From Malacoraja senta (Eukaryota): a DNA stretch of 64,000 nt. Position 1 is the stretch's first letter; every line of letters begins with the position of its first letter. Shown piece after piece: positions 62,766-64,000 of the stretch. The notes under the pieces were generated by a model. The model did no database searches. It saw only the letters and a program-made list of their open reading frames with translations, and was not told where the DNA came from. A program made the position numbers and the translations under genes. The stretch covers positions 19,222,001 through 19,286,000 of the forward strand of contig CM075987.1 of NCBI GenBank assembly GCA_038087875.1, in the 5' to 3' direction.

Positions 62766-64000
62766 CAGTGCCCTCCATAATGTTTGAGACAAAGACCCAT
62801 CATTTATTTAATTGCCTCTGTACTCCACAATATGAGATTTGTATTATAAAAATCACATGTGGTTAAAGTGCACATTGACAGATTTTATTAAAGGCCATTT
62901 TTATACATTTTGGTTTCATCGTGTAGAAATTACAGCTGTGTTTATACAGCGTCCCCTCATTTGAGGGCACCATAATGGTTGGGACACATGGCTTCACAGG
63001 TCTTTGTAATTGCTCAGGTGTGTTTAATTGCCTCCATAATGCAGGTATAAGAGAGCTCTCAGCACCTAGCCTTTCCTCCAGTCTTTCCATCACCTTTGGA
63101 AACTTTTATTGCTGTTTATCAACATGAAGACCAAAGTTGTGCTAATGAAAGTCAAAGAAGCCGTTATGAGACTGAGAAACAATAATAAAACTTTTAGAGA
63201 CATCAGCCAAACCTTAGGCTTTCCAAAATCAACTGTTTAGAACATCATTACGAAGAAAGAGAACATTGGCGAGTTTACTAATCGCAAAGGGACTGGTAGG
63301 CCAAGGAAGACCTTCACAGCTGATGACAGAAGAATTTGCTCTATAATAAAGTAAAATCCCCAAGCACCCGTCCGACAGATCAGAAACATTCTTCAGGAGT
63401 CGGGTGTGGATTTGTCAATGACCACTGTCCGCAGAAGACTTCTTGGGGCTACACTGCAAGATGCAAACCACTGGTTAGCCGCAAAAATAGGATGGCCAGG
63501 TTACAGTTTGCCAAGAAGTACTTAAAAGAGCAACCACAGTTCTGGAAAAAGGTCTTGTGGGCAGATGAGACGAAGATGAACTTATATCAGAGTGATGGCA
63601 AGAGCAAAGTATGGAGGAGAGAAGGAACTGCCCAAGATCCAAAGCATACCATCTCATCTGTGAAAAACGGTGGTGGGGGTGTTATGGCCTGGGCATGTAT
63701 GGCTGCTGAAGATACTGGGTCACTTATCTTAATTGATGATACAACTGCTGATGGTAATAACATAATTATAGACACATCCTATCTGCTCAAGTTCAAACAA
63801 ATGCCTCAAAACTCATAGGCCGGTGGTTCATTCTACAGCAAGACAATGATCCCAAACATACTACTAAAGCAACAAAGAGTTTTTCAAAGCTAAAAATTGG
63901 TCAATTCTTGAGTGGCCAAGTCAATCACCCGATCTGAACCCAATTGAGCATGACTTTTATATGCTGAAGAGAAAACTGAAGGAGACTAGCCCCCAAAACA
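62766..64000 (+). mobile_element. Tc1-like (IR/DR) DNA transposon, runs off the window
   Basis: TA|CAGTG start; about 220-bp TIR with inner direct repeat; transposase remnant follows. Confidence 0.95.
63124..64000 (+). pseudogene. Tc1 DD34E transposase pseudogene
   Basis: ATG at 63124; GRPRK, WADETK, WACM, QQDNDPKH, WPSQSPDLNPIEH motifs; in-frame stops and frameshifts. Confidence 0.93.

Overview
AT-rich vertebrate genomic DNA, not prokaryotic. The repeat content (HE1-type V-SINEs, CR1/HER1-type LINEs, Deu-domain SINEs, Penelope-like elements) points to a cartilaginous fish, probably a skate or ray (inference). The only host gene I can support is on the + strand: eight consecutive, phase-compatible GT-AG exons (9031-39717, 1133 nt spliced) encoding the TPR domain and start of the linker of a G-protein signalling modulator, best matching GPSM1/AGS3. 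Exon numbers follow my recollection of the human gene. The first exon and the GoLoco exons were not found in the window. The introns are full of often nested mobile elements: CR1, L1, RTE, Rex1, Penelope-like, SINEs, Tc1, Harbinger-like MITEs and a palindromic THAP-bearing element. Most noteworthy: (i) a 0.9 kb ISL2EU-like element whose inverted arms each carry a THAP-domain exon with a splice donor; (ii) many Penelope-derived minimal hammerhead motifs, some in fold-back units carrying the motif on both strands; (iii) three CpG-rich MITEs with shared TIRs, unrelated interiors and non-identical TNA flanks. I see no CRISPR array, rRNA or true tRNA gene and cannot claim a wholly new biological system. 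Most listed short ORFs are spurious or transposon debris. Repeat boundaries are by eye and approximate unless a TSD is given.
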